64,000 nt of DNA, from assembly GCA_002269645.1 (NCBI GenBank), contig NIVC01000353.1, forward strand, positions 62,001 through 126,000, in the 5' to 3' direction. Both the position numbers and the translations under genes were made by a program. Positions 44,201-56,280 of this stretch are shown here, one piece after another. This stretch comes from Macrostomum lignano. Taxonomy: Eukaryota. The first letter of the stretch is position 1; each line of letters opens with the position of its first letter. The notes below the pieces were generated by a model, which saw only the letters and a program-made list of their open reading frames with translations, did no database searches and was not told the origin of the DNA.

Positions 44201-46605
44201 CGTCATAAAAAAACCATAGAAGCGTCATGTAAACAAGCATAGAAGCGTCATGTAAACAATCATAGAAGCGTCATGTAAACAATCATAGAAGCGTCATGTA
44301 AAAAATCATAGAAGCGTCATGTAAACAATCATAGAAGCGTCATGTAAACAATCATAGAAGCGTCATGTAAAAAATCATAGAAGCGTCATGTAAACAATCA
44401 TAGAAGCGTCATGTAAACAATCATAGAAGCGTCATGTAAACAATCATAGAAGAGTCATGTAAACAATCATAGAATCGTCATGTAAACAATCATAGAAGCG
44501 TCATGTAAACAAGCATAGAAGCGTCATGTAAACAAGCATAGAAGCGTCATGTAAAAAATCATAAAAGCGTCATGTAAAAAATCATAAAAGCGTCATTTAA
44601 AAAATCATAGTTGCGTCATGTAAAAATCATAGAAGCGTCATGCAAACAATACTAGAAGCGTCATGGTAAAATCATAGAAGCGTCATGTAAACAATCATAG
44701 AAGCGTCATGTAAACAATCATAGAAGAGTCATGTAAACAATCATAGAAGCGTCATGTAAACAATCATAGAAGCGTCATGTAAACAAGCATAGAAGCGTCA
44801 TGTAAACAAGCATAGAAGCGTCATGTAAAAAATCATAAAAGCGTCATGTAAAAAATCATAAAAGCGTCATTTAAAAAATCATAGTTGCGTCATGTAAAAA
44901 TCATAGAAGCGTCATGCAAACAATACTAGAAGCGTCATGGTAAAATCATAGAAGCGTCATGCAAACAATCATAGAAGCCTCATATAAAAACTAATGAAAG
45001 TGTCATTTAAAAAATTAAGAAGAATAATGGAAGAATAAAAGAAGCGTCATGTAAAAATCAAAAGAAGCGCCATGTCAGACATGAAAGGTGTCATATAAAA
45101 ATTAAATGAAGCTATAGTACAGTGCTGTGCTGGGGAGAATTACTGAGACGTCAAGGCTCACAGAGAATAACTGAGATTACAGGTGGGGGGGGGTTTCTGA
45201 GATGTCAAAGCAAAAGTCAGAAGCTACTTCAAAGTTCATGTACTTTACTCAATTTTTATTACATTCATTGTTGGCTCGCCACAGGGGGGGGGGCGCTGAT
45301 ATAGAAGCAGAGTCATGTAAAAAATAAAAGTAGCACTATGTATACATATAAGAAAAGTCATGTCGAAGTTAAAAGATTCATTTGGGAATTGCTACAATGT
45401 CAAAGCTTGGTGGAAATCGTTATAGTGCTGTGATTCTTAAAGAAAGAATCACTAAAATGTCAAGGCTTAGGGGAGAAGAATTGCTGAGATTTCAAGGCTT
45501 TAGGTTCGGTTAAAGTTAGGTTTAGGTCAGGTGTGGGTTGAGGGTTATATTTTATCGGGTTTCAAGGTTAACAGGGGATTTTTTAGATTTCAAGATTTAT
45601 GGGGGGCATTGCTGACATGTCAAGGCTTACGGGGGGAATAGCTGAGATGTCAAGGCTCACGGGGGTATAAATGAGATATCAAGGCTAAAGTCAGAAGCTA
45701 CATGTAGTTTAATGAAAACTTTTTATTACATTTTTTGTTGGCTCCTCAGGGCTCACTGATAGAAAAAGCATAATGTAAAAAATAAAAGAAGCTTCATGTC
45801 GAAGCGAAGAGATTCATTTGGGAATCCCTACGAGGGAATCGCTATAACGCTGTAGTAGTGCTATAATGACTCAGAATTACTGAAATTTCAATGCTTTAGG
45901 GTTAGGTTAGGGTTAGGGTTAGGGTTAGGGTTAGGCTAGGGTTAGGGTTAGGGTTAGGCTAGGGTTAGGGTTAGAAGGTTGACAGATTTTTTTAGACTTC
46001 AAGGCTTATTTGGGGCATCGCTGAGATGTCAAGGGGGGAGTTGATTTGTTAAAGCTTGTGGGGGGAATTACTGACATTTCAAGGCTTACAAGGGACTTCT
46101 GAGGTATATTGCAAAGAGATGCTACATGTAGTTTATTACAAAACTTGTACTGTATTTTTGGCTCCCTAACGCTAAGATACTAAGCTAAAAAATACTACTA
46201 GCTCTTCACAAACTTATGCAGATGTCAGGCTGTAGGGTTAGTGTTAGGGTTGGTATTAGGGTTTAGGTTTAGGGTTAGGTTCAGGGTTATTGCGTTAAGA
46301 TTCGGGTTAGGGTTAGGGTTAGGGTAGCTTATAACTTGGCTCATTTAGCTTATTAAAAATGTTTATCATGGAAGCATCATGCAAAAATAATGGAAGCGTC
46401 ATGCAAAAACAATGGAAGCGTCATGCCAAAAATCATAGAAGCATCGATCATGCAAAAACTCATGGACAAAATATTGAATTTAGGGTTTTGGTTAGGGTTA
46501 GAATTTTGACAGGAGATTTTTTAAGATTTCAAGGCTACATGTAGCTTATTAAAAATACGTGTATTGCATTTCTTTGGCTCCCCAACGGGGGGCGTAGATT
46601 GCTAG
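41214..46605 (+). mobile_element. Helitron array unit U6, non-autonomous type B (satellite ~41830-44990; TTAGGG tracts 45896-45974 and ~46235-46325)
   Basis: TC start after CTAG; ends ...GGCGTAGATTGCTAG|T at 46605, closing the A|T target opened at 17469. Confidence 0.93.
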
Positions 46606-46715
46606 TCTTACCTGTAGTACTTACTGCTTCTGTTTCAGCTTCTGCGTGCCTTTAAAGCGATTTTGCTAGTTAATTTTTTGTTTTAGAAAGCTCAAACAAA
46701 TCTCTGATCATTTAC

Positions 46716-47094
46716 CAATCTTGTAGACGCTGATCCTATGTGCATCGCCACAAGCTGTCATTGAGTCTCCCGTGCAGGGCATGTTGCAGTCAGACTCGGC
46801 ATTTGCGGCACCATGTCTGTCGTAGCTGTTGCCGCAGAAGCACTGCTTGCCAAATTGCAAGCCGAAATAAGAGTAACTGTCGTGGACACACCTTTTGTAG
46901 CAGTATTGAGCTGTCATATCTCTTTCTGACTCGTACCAATGTTCAGAAAGAGCCCTAGAATTTGAATCGTCAACGTAGCAACCAACATAAGTGAAATGAT
47001 TGCTAGCAGCGTTGATCAGTGCGGCTACAAGCATTGTACCGCTTTGATGTAGCAATAGCAAAGCAAAAATTAAGGAAAACTTTGCCATTGCCAT
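46716..47094 (-). CDS. Secreted WSC-domain protein, first coding exon
   Basis: MAMAKFSLIFALLLLHQSG..., then FTYVGCYVD...MTAQYCYKRC...YFGLQFGKQCFCGNSY...C.MPCTGD...ACG...RISVYKI. Phase-1 donor G|GTAAAT at 46715. Confidence 0.87.
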
Positions 47095-47973
47095 GATTTG
47101 AGTATAACCTTAAAAACTTAAAAAGAGAGTAAAACAGGTAAGCCACAAACAGCTGCCTTATATCTCAGAAGCTATTTGATGAGATCCTCAGCAATCAATC
47201 TTGAGAAGAAAATTCACCTTTTAACCTAAGAAACTCTGATGGCGGTGCAATTGTCAGCAAAACCAGCTTGTGACGTGACCCTCCTGAAAGACGTACAGAA
47301 ATTACAAATGACAAAAGAAAACTGACGGATGAGCTCATGCGCTATGAGAAGCTGCTGGATACTTTACTGCTTGAGGAATGCATGAAAATGCTTTTAGATA
47401 GTTTTCTCTTTGCTGAAAAACCTCTAGGAGATAGGAATACGGGTTACCTGTAGGGAAAAACGGTTGAAATATTGAAAAGAATAAGAAGCCCAGGTTGATA
47501 AGCCTATCAAAGCAGAAGCGTTTCTGGTTCCACTATTAGAATTTTTAAAAAGATAGAATGGGTTTAGAATAGTGACCATCGTAGTATACTACTACACGAT
47601 CAAATTTCAAGTAGTAAAAAAAGAGCTTTGCTAGAATTCGGCTAATCTACTCTTTCTATCTCCTTGCTGAAATGAATGATGGACAAGACTGCATGGTGAA
47701 GAAATTGAGTATCGGTAGGAATGTAGGATTTTTGAGAACCGTTGCAGATTCTGCAGCAATTGCATGACAGCTGTCTTTCCCTATGTTTGAGTCGCCACTT
47801 TCCCCAGCCATATCCATTCACTCCACTGTGTTGGGATAATTCCGTGGGAATTGCAAGCCAGTTTGTCAGCTTGTCACGGCAATTGTTATCTTGCTTTGTG
47901 GATAAAACATCTTGGCATGGCTGTCGCCTTTGGTTGCTGTAAAATTCCGTTCGAAAAATTTCTCTGATACAAC

Positions 47974-48355
47974 ATGAAACTGCGCTTCGTGTTAGCAAGC
48001 TTAATTCTCCTGCAAATGCTCCTTGGCAGCGCGGTGCTTTTGGCAAAAGCAAAGAGCAACGCAGATAGCAAGCATTTCACCTATATTGGCTGCTATAAAG
48101 ACAAGCTTTTAAATAGGGATTTCCCCACAAGTAAGTCTTTATGGTCTGATCTGACGGCCGAGAACTGCCACAGGTTCTGTGTCAAAGGACGCTACTCTTA
48201 CTTCGGTCTACAGTACGGCAAGAAATGCTATTGCGGCAACAGCTACGGCAAACATGGCTCTGCGAAATCTCCATCAGAGTGCAGCTATTCCTGCTCTGGA
48301 GACGCCAAGATAATCTGTGGAGGCTGGAGTAGGAACAGCGTCTATCGGATTATTG
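47974..48355 (+). CDS. Secreted WSC-domain protein, first coding exon (or single exon to 48423)
   Basis: MKLRFVLASLILLQMLLGSAVLLA, then FTYIGCYKD...LTAENCHRFC...YFGLQYGKKCYCGNSYG...CSYSCSGD...ICGGWSRNSVYRI. G|GCAAGT sits at the position of the paralogs' GT donor. Confidence 0.87.
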
Positions 48356-49020
48356 GCAAGTGTGCTCAAACCTTTTTATTCAATTCAGCTTTCCTAGAAA
48401 GATTAACATTTGAATGCTGGTAAGTTTCCAGGTAAGTTTATTATGCAGTTTGTAAACTTATCAATGTCTCGAATGTTTCGTATTTTTTCAAAATACATTG
48501 ATTCAAGATTCTTGTTTTCTGAGAACAAAACTGCCCCATTGTGCTTTGTCATTAAATTTGAAAGTAGAAAAAAAAGTTTAAATACTTCTTTTGACGTGAA
48601 ATGATGAAACAATGATAGATTTGTTTGGTATTTGTATGGTACTAGAGAGTGCACCTCTCTCGAGTATTTATGCTTATTGTTTACCGATAGTATCCTATGA
48701 ATGAGATTATTGTTACTATCGTTTAGCATACATGACTAGAAACATTGTTTAACGCCAAAGCGTTGTTTAATGCGACTGTTTAACGATGCCCCAGCGAATC
48801 AGAAACGTTCTTTCAGAGATTTTGGCCATAGACATACATCAGACCGCTACAGCTGTGCCATAGACTAAGGAGTGAAAAATGCAGAGGAATCCAAAGTGCT
48901 TTGGTTTAATTTTTATAAGCTTGGGTTGGTTTCATTGTTTACTCTTCTCTAGAATGCATCAAATAAATTGGAAAAACTTGACAAACAAACTCCCTTTAAC
49001 GGAGTGTCTCTGCCAAAGAA

Positions 49021-49668
49021 ATGTATTTTCTTTCTATGTTGAGTGCAAAGGACCACGCTGATGACGCTGATCTAATGAATTTTATTCACTACCTAAAACA
49101 TTCTACCAATGATGACCAGTTGCCACTAAACACTCATCAACCGGATCTACCAGAGGACGCTGCTCTGTCGGTTATTGATCTAGATCGCGTTGAAATCGAC
49201 TGGCTGGTATATGTTCTAGCATGGTAAGGCATTCGCGGAGTTTCTAGAAAGGCAAATTGGAATGTCCCTGTGAGAATATCGCAGCCCATCCTAAATGAGT
49301 TTCTACGTTTCTGTTTGAAGAAAGTAGACGGTGGAGTTTACTCACCTGCTTCCTTGGTTTGCATGCCTGACGACGATGCGTGGAGCGATTCAGAGATTCA
49401 GGCATTCAGAGATATTTCTGCCTGGTTCTCAAGCGCTCTGTCAACATATTTTCTGGAGACGAATTTGCTGCCGCTAATCGAATGCTGCGCGTCAAAGTAC
49501 GCGAGTACATTGGATCTGGCTCTGTCAGAAGACAATATCCACCAATCGAGGAAGGTGACCTGGTGCGAGTGTGCAAATACTTTGACAGAAGTACAGCAAG
49601 AGCGCCTTCAGGATGAAGTGATATTCATGCTACTGAATTGTTTGTCTTTTCTCGGGGTGGCTTGGTAG
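49021..49668 (+). other. Two adjacent unassigned ORFs (68 and 132 codons)
   Basis: Protein-like composition in unique sequence; no recognisable motif, and no in-frame splice model found. Confidence 0.2.
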
Positions 49669-52434
49669 GTCTGTGAATCCCACCGCTGCCACCAGTGTAG
49701 TGTTTATTATTTACTTCCCGACTTACAGGCACTTAAAAACCGTGTGCAGATTTGCGGCTCAACGTGCAGGGCGTCTCGTCAGCAGATCCTGCGGGGCTTA
49801 ATGGGCGGTTGGGACGGCTGTGTTAGCCTCTTATTGACTGGGCTTTTGGATTTTTGGTCAGGCAAACAAAGAGAGGGTTAAGTTGTACGCACACAGAGAA
49901 GCAACAGAGAGGCTAGGAAATCGGAAACGTCTAGACCGGAAACTAGACAGGAAAAAGGACTGAAAAAGGAAAATGAAAAGGAAACGGATCCTGAACCATG
50001 GGTGAGGAGGTTCCGTATTTATAGCCTGGATTCACCACTGCCCCAATGCGCACAAGACCTCGTGACTTTGTTCTATTTTTAGAACTGACGTCACTTGGGG
50101 TCTCTGGGCAGAATGCACTAGGCGGTGACTCAGTGTCTATTTTTAGAAATATGAGTCACTACTTTCCTTAGAGAAGGGAAGGGCTTTAGGCACGTGATTT
50201 CCCGTAAACACGGACTAGCGAGTGCAGTAAACATGTTTACTGTACTTTTAGGACTGCAAAGCAAGGCTTGCCATGTGACTTGCTCACATGACAAAGGAAA
50301 CAGGCCACCACCGTGACCTTGGGACAAGAGCAGCTGCCACGGCAGAGAAGCTCATGGCTGCAAAAGGGAGCAGAAACAGACAGAAAAGGCGCGGGAACAG
50401 CAGGCAGACGGCCAGACAAAGGGGAGTGGGAAGCTGACCAGCGACAGACAGTAACCCAGGGCAAGGGCGAGGGCGAGGGAAACTGCTGACAAAAGGGGAC
50501 GCCTAACACCAACTAGCGAATCACTACACTACTCTCTACGTTAGGTGAACCGTTAGGTGAACGCAACCAAGAACAAATGAAGTATCTGAAGAAGAAGGAT
50601 ACTTTGGTTGAAGGAGTAGACGCTGATGGCCAAGCATATCTGCATGAGCCTATTGGATATAAAAAATCAATCGACTGATCCGACGCGTGCTAAGAACAAC
50701 ATAGCAAAGCTCGTCTCTATGGGCAGCAGCGAGAGCTTCTCGTGTACTACTGCAATCTCCTCTACCTGAGAGCACAAAGGATTCATCATTTTTGCCAACA
50801 ATGGAAGCGGCAACCTGCGTTTCTCAGTCAACCAAGTTCGAGGCATTAACAGTAGGAATACCAAGCCATTTTCCGCCCCTGACAATGGAATCATCCCCCT
50901 GACAGTTTTTTGCTGCGCCGTATAGGAGCAACGCAGGCACACGAAGTTCAAGAACACGGGCTAACTTTTTGTTGCGCACCTTCTCAAACAAGAATCAAGT
51001 CGCCAGCCCTCCGGACCGTCGAGATATTCGACGATTCTGCCAGAAGGTCGGATTTTTCACATAAGCGCTAGTGTATTGAGGACACCCCTGTGCGCCAATC
51101 AGCACTGCGCCTCAGTGCAGCCTTGCCAAGCCTCCAAATTTCCTCAGCACGTCAACCACATGTGTCTGCATCAGCGCTGGCTTCGTTGGGCACTAGCCTT
51201 CACCCAGGCAGAGCTTCTGGACCTTCAACAGATGACACCAGGTGACTAAGAACACCCTGATGCGAATTTCTCTAGTTTCGCTGATCAAGCCTCGACAGTG
51301 GGCAAACCTCAACTGCTGGACATCCTCAGCTAGTCTCTCAAGCTGAGGAGATAGTCACATCGGCTTTCGCGTGATGTTCGGAAATTAATATGCAAACAAA
51401 ATACTTTTGTGGTGAAGCGGAGCAGTAGTTATGAAAATTCGATCTGCATACATATCGCGAGAGGGCTGATCGGGCATTCTGTCTATATTCTGTCGTTTTG
51501 TCTGTCTTTGATTAAATTACCGCATGAGAAAAATTAAATTTGAATGCCAAGCAGTTGTTATTGGAATTTTCCTTTTTTGAGTGAATGTATTTTTTAATTA
51601 TTAAATTTACCTGTAATTTATTACAATTGAATTACAATAATTTGCAACTATTCTGTAATCGTACAATTAAATCTGAATTCGATCCGTAAGAGTCGTGAAA
51701 TGTGAAAGTCGCGAAATGATGACGTGACACTATTTTCAGTGAACTCACCGGCTTCTAAAAAGTTTTGAGCAAGGCATTTTGCACCAGCTAGATCTTCCCG
51801 CCTGTCCCCGCCGGTAGGGTGCCTGCAGAAGCTCTGGCACCGTCTGTGGGCAGTACGACTTGAGCAATGATAATGATCTATTGACCAGCAGCTGTAGCTA
51901 TTCCTCTGTTGGAGCCATTCAATGCGATCATCAGAGACAGGCCTGACAGTTGTCCTTGAGGCCTGATCGCAGAAAAAGGGAGAAAAAATGTCACCTGATC
52001 AGCTGTATGAATAAATGAAAGGAAAAAAACAATGAAACATATCTGAGCAGTCACTCAAACGCTGCTAATTAATCCTTTCGCCTCTTAGACAAATCCGTAC
52101 CGTTCGGTAAGCCTTCTGTGACGCCTTTGTTATTTGATTTTCGAGAGCTGAGTTGTTATCGGCGGTTGTTGATCAATTGATTTCTGTTGAATTATGAATT
52201 AAAGGCCTCCTAAGCCCTAAGCGATTAGATAGGAGCCTTTGGATCGATTCCGATACTCTTAATTAGACGATTAGTTGATTTCTGATTGACGGCCGCCTTC
52301 AGAATCGAAGAGACGAACCCCCACGCTACGAAGAACCTGCGCTACAAGAAGGAGCCCACAGCAGTAAATGATTACTAAATTTAGTTCCAAGACTGGTTTG
52401 GAAGTGGGAGTTCGTGCGTTTAGACACCAGACCC

Positions 52435-52607
<173 letters not shown>

Positions 52608-54135
52608 ATTCTCTAGTGTGTTAAAGTCGAACTCTTCATTGCCACAGATTTTAACCCAGTCGACTACTTCAATGACTGTTTGTAGCCAAGCCAAGCTTCC
52701 TTTGTTTTGCTGCCCTATAGACGTCTCAACTCTCTAGCCGGTTCTGGTTGGCTGGCGGCGAGCCGTACATGACTGAGGCTTTGTGAATCCCCTGTCCAAT
52801 GTGCTCAGTGTCGCCAGCCGATTCTTAAAGAATTCTCTCCGTAAGCCTTAATACGTCAGCAATTCCTCACTCCCAAGAGCATTTCAGAAATTACCCCGTG
52901 AGCGTTTACATCTTAGCAATTTCCCAATAAAGCTTTTGCATGGTTGATATGACGCTACTTTCATACTGGGCATTAGGCTTCTTTCACGTTGGATGTGACG
53001 CTTCACTAACTCTTTATTTTTGCGCGTCTGTCTAAAAAATAAAAATTTATTGATAAACTCCAGCCAAGGACAAGCTTCGCCAAGTATGAGGTCCATACTT
53101 CAGTCGTCATCGCTCAAGCGTATCCTGACACTATAGAAATGCTATAATTTAGTTCCACCAGTTGCTCACTCAATAAAAGTTGTGCTATACAGCCAGCAGG
53201 AGGAGTTATCAAGCACTGGGGCATTAAGCGAATGTCGTCAGAATTTCCCTGGGTTGGTTCGTTGCTACCAGACATGCAAAACAACTACAATCCAATACTA
53301 GAAAATAGACCTTGCATACTTACAGGCTGAAAAATAGGGCCCAAATTCCCCCCTTGGGTCCTGCAGTCGCGGATGACTGACAGACATAAGCAACACTCTA
53401 TCGCAAATTTTGCAACAGGGGCAGTTTTATTTTCATCCATGCACCTGACAGTTTAAAAGTAACAACAGCCTTATATAAAGTGTCAATTCTCATCTTTCCA
53501 ATCGCTATAAAAACTAAAGATTATGACGTAATCATTACGTACTTTGACGTAAAAGGCAAACTACTAACTACATGTACCATTAGCCGAACGAGTTCTGAAG
53601 CTGCAAATTCTTTGTGTGACTTTTAGTTTGTGCATGCCACTTTATTAATGTTCGAAGAAGACAAACTTTTACGTAGCCGTGGAAGTGGAACAAAAAAGAG
53701 CGATTGAAGTTGGTTGGGCGCATTTTTCATTGTTTATTTATATCAAAATAATCGTTCTGACGCCTCGTAGCAAGACAGATATACAGTAGATGAGTCCACT
53801 TACCGTTGAAACTTACCTTGTCAAGTAGAAAATTTCTTATTCCTGAGACAAACCAATCATAAATAATTATAAGTAGAAAGACCATTGCACGCATGAATTG
53901 TGCGTTTTTCAATTGCGACCGTTGTCGTTGTCATTTCAACCACAAATTAATCAAACTTCCCATTGTTAACCTTCGAATAACAGATGAATTCGCTATGCTT
54001 CCGGCTTTCTTCAAATGTTTTAACAAAATTAAGAAAACTCTAATTACATCTAGTGCAATTTGTTTGAAAATTGCAAAGCATCTTTCTACTTCAGTTTTTC
54101 ATGCACAAGCATGGCCCAGATGCCCCTAACCTCAC

Positions 54136-54522
54136 CAAAAAGCCGGTTAGCAAAGACGCTGTTAGTCCATGAGCCTCCACAGGTCACGAGGGCATCTCCA
54201 GAGCAAGCCATGTTGCACATCCGCTTTACCCCATCAGCCAAGCCGTATTTCCCATACGCATCGCCGCAGAAGCAATGCGAAGCATATTGCAGTCCAAAAT
54301 AGGCATAATTACGGCAGAAGGCGTAGCAAGTATCGGGTGTTTGATTTTTGCCGTCAAAGGTTGGCCCAGTCAGGTCCCTGCTGCTCTCGTCCATGTAGCA
54401 GTCAATGTAGTTAAAGTTCGGACTGGTTCTGTAGGGCAGCAAGGTGCAGTTCACCGAGCTGATTGAGACCGCAATTGCAACGCTTAGCAGCAGGATGCAG
54501 CTCAGAGGCTAGACCGACTCAT
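54136..54522 (-). pseudogene. WSC-domain gene with a 1-nt frameshift in the signal peptide (pseudogene or sequence error)
   Basis: ATG AGT CGG TCT AGC CT / CTG AGC TGC ATC CTG CTG CTA... (LSCILLLSVAIAVSIS) is out of frame by one base. The intact WSC follows: FNYIDCYMD...QTPDTCYAFC...YFGLQYASHCFCGDAYGK...CNMACSGD...TCGGSWTNSV. Phase-1 donor G|GTGAGG at 54135. Confidence 0.75.
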
Positions 54523-55334
54523 TTTGCTCAGAGATACCTCGAAAAAGATGTGCGCAATTAGACTTTTATTGCTAGTTGTTTCTGTCTCAATATTCATTCT
54601 CTATCCAATTAAAAATAGGAAATTTGCAAGTCTCTCCTAATTGGTCCAGGTGCATAAGTAGCTCTCGTTTTATCAGAAATATGAGTTATTTAAGATATTT
54701 TCATGTACAAGGGGTTTCCCGATGAGAGCAGGTAAAAAATCGATTGTACCAGCTGAACGCAAAATCAAAATTTTATGCACGAAAGCCTGAATCCACAATT
54801 CTCTGCAGTTACCATGGAAACACCATTCCTTGTAATTGATTTCGTTTGCAGTGGACTCTCCCAGCTCCATTTTCACGGGCGGCATGACTTCTCTGGGAGT
54901 CTTAATTAACGCTTTTTAGTTAAAAAAAACTGCACTAAAAGCAAGAAATTCCTACATTGCTAATGCGTTTTGGCAAAATAAGCGACCCTTTTTCCTCTCG
55001 AATTGCGAGAGCTGTCCGGACTCTCCCACAAATCCCTTATTTAACACCATCCATAAAAATTCCATGAGATATTGAGCAGTGTAAGGAAGAATAATCGATA
55101 TTCCCGAGTAATTCTAGACCCACACACTGCACACACGGGCAATACGCGTTAGTGCTTAAGGTACTCAAATAAAAATCTTGCTAAGAATTCACCCGATATC
55201 ACAGTGCCCCAAGGACAAGACAAATATTGGCCAATGGGATGAATCCAGCTCTGGATGAACCATGTGAGGCTATAATACAAAGTGCCTTGAATCTCCCATG
55301 GCTATACCAGTGAGTTTCTGCGGTAAACTAACTA

Positions 55335-55749
55335 ATGAAAAGTTGTCAAGTCATGTTTGCGACTAACCAATGTCTCCTTATTACTTTATTTATAGCTTTC
55401 CATTGCTCGAGCGCACTGCTTGAGTACCGAAACGGAGTTGGCTTTGATTACGTCGGCTGCTTCGTTGACGGCACGCGAAGAGATTTAAGCGGGACATCAG
55501 CCTCTAGCTCCGACAGCCAGACTCCCGCTGCATGCTACGCGCACTGCTCTGGACAGAACTACGCCTACTTTGGAGTCCAGTACGCGAGTCAGTGCTTCTG
55601 CGGCAATACTTACGGCAGTCACGGGCGGGCGGGAGCGAGTAGCGAGTGCGGGTCGCCCTGCTCCGGTGACAGTTCAGTCGCCTGCGGAGGCACCTGGAGG
55701 AACAGCGTCTATCAAGTCAGTGACTTCGCTCGGCTGCATCATACTACAG
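55335..55749 (+). CDS. Secreted WSC-domain protein, first coding exon
   Basis: CLLITLFIAFHCSSA, then FDYVGCFVD...QTPAACYAHC...YFGVQYASQCFCGNTYG...CGSPCSGD...ACGGTWRNSVYQV. Phase-1 donor G|GTAATG at 55750. Confidence 0.85.
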
Positions 55750-55859
55750 GTAATGTGATAATCTTTAATTTCACTGTTTCGAAATAACAAATATAGTTTG
55801 AGCTGACGTAAGACTTCGAAGTAGTGGTAAATCCTTGACCCTCCAGGACTCTCAAGGCT

Positions 55860-56280
55860 CACTCCCCGCGACCCTCACTCTCCCCATGACCCTCTCTCCC
55901 CGTGACCCTCTCTCCCCGTGACCCTTTCTCCCCATGACCCTCTCTTCACGTGACCCTCTCTCCCTGTGACCCTCTCTTCACGTGACCCTCTCTCTCCGTG
56001 ATCCGCTCTCCCCATGCCCCTCTCTTCACGTGACCCTCTCTCCCCATGCCCCTCTCTTCACGTGACCCTCTCTCCCCGTGACCCTCTCTCCCCGTGATCC
56101 GCTCTCCCCGTGACCCTCTCTCCCCGTGACCCTCTCTCCCCATGACCCTCTCTCCCCGTGACCCTCTTTCCCCGTGACCCTCTCTCCCCACGACTCTCTC
56201 TCGCTCAATGACCCTCTCTCTCATGTGACACCCTCTTCCCTCTCTCCCCGTGACCCTCTCTACCCTCTCTGCCCTCCATG
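55860..56280. repeat. 16-bp pyrimidine-rich minisatellite (TGACCCTCTCTCCCCG)n
   Basis: Read directly. Confidence 0.9.
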
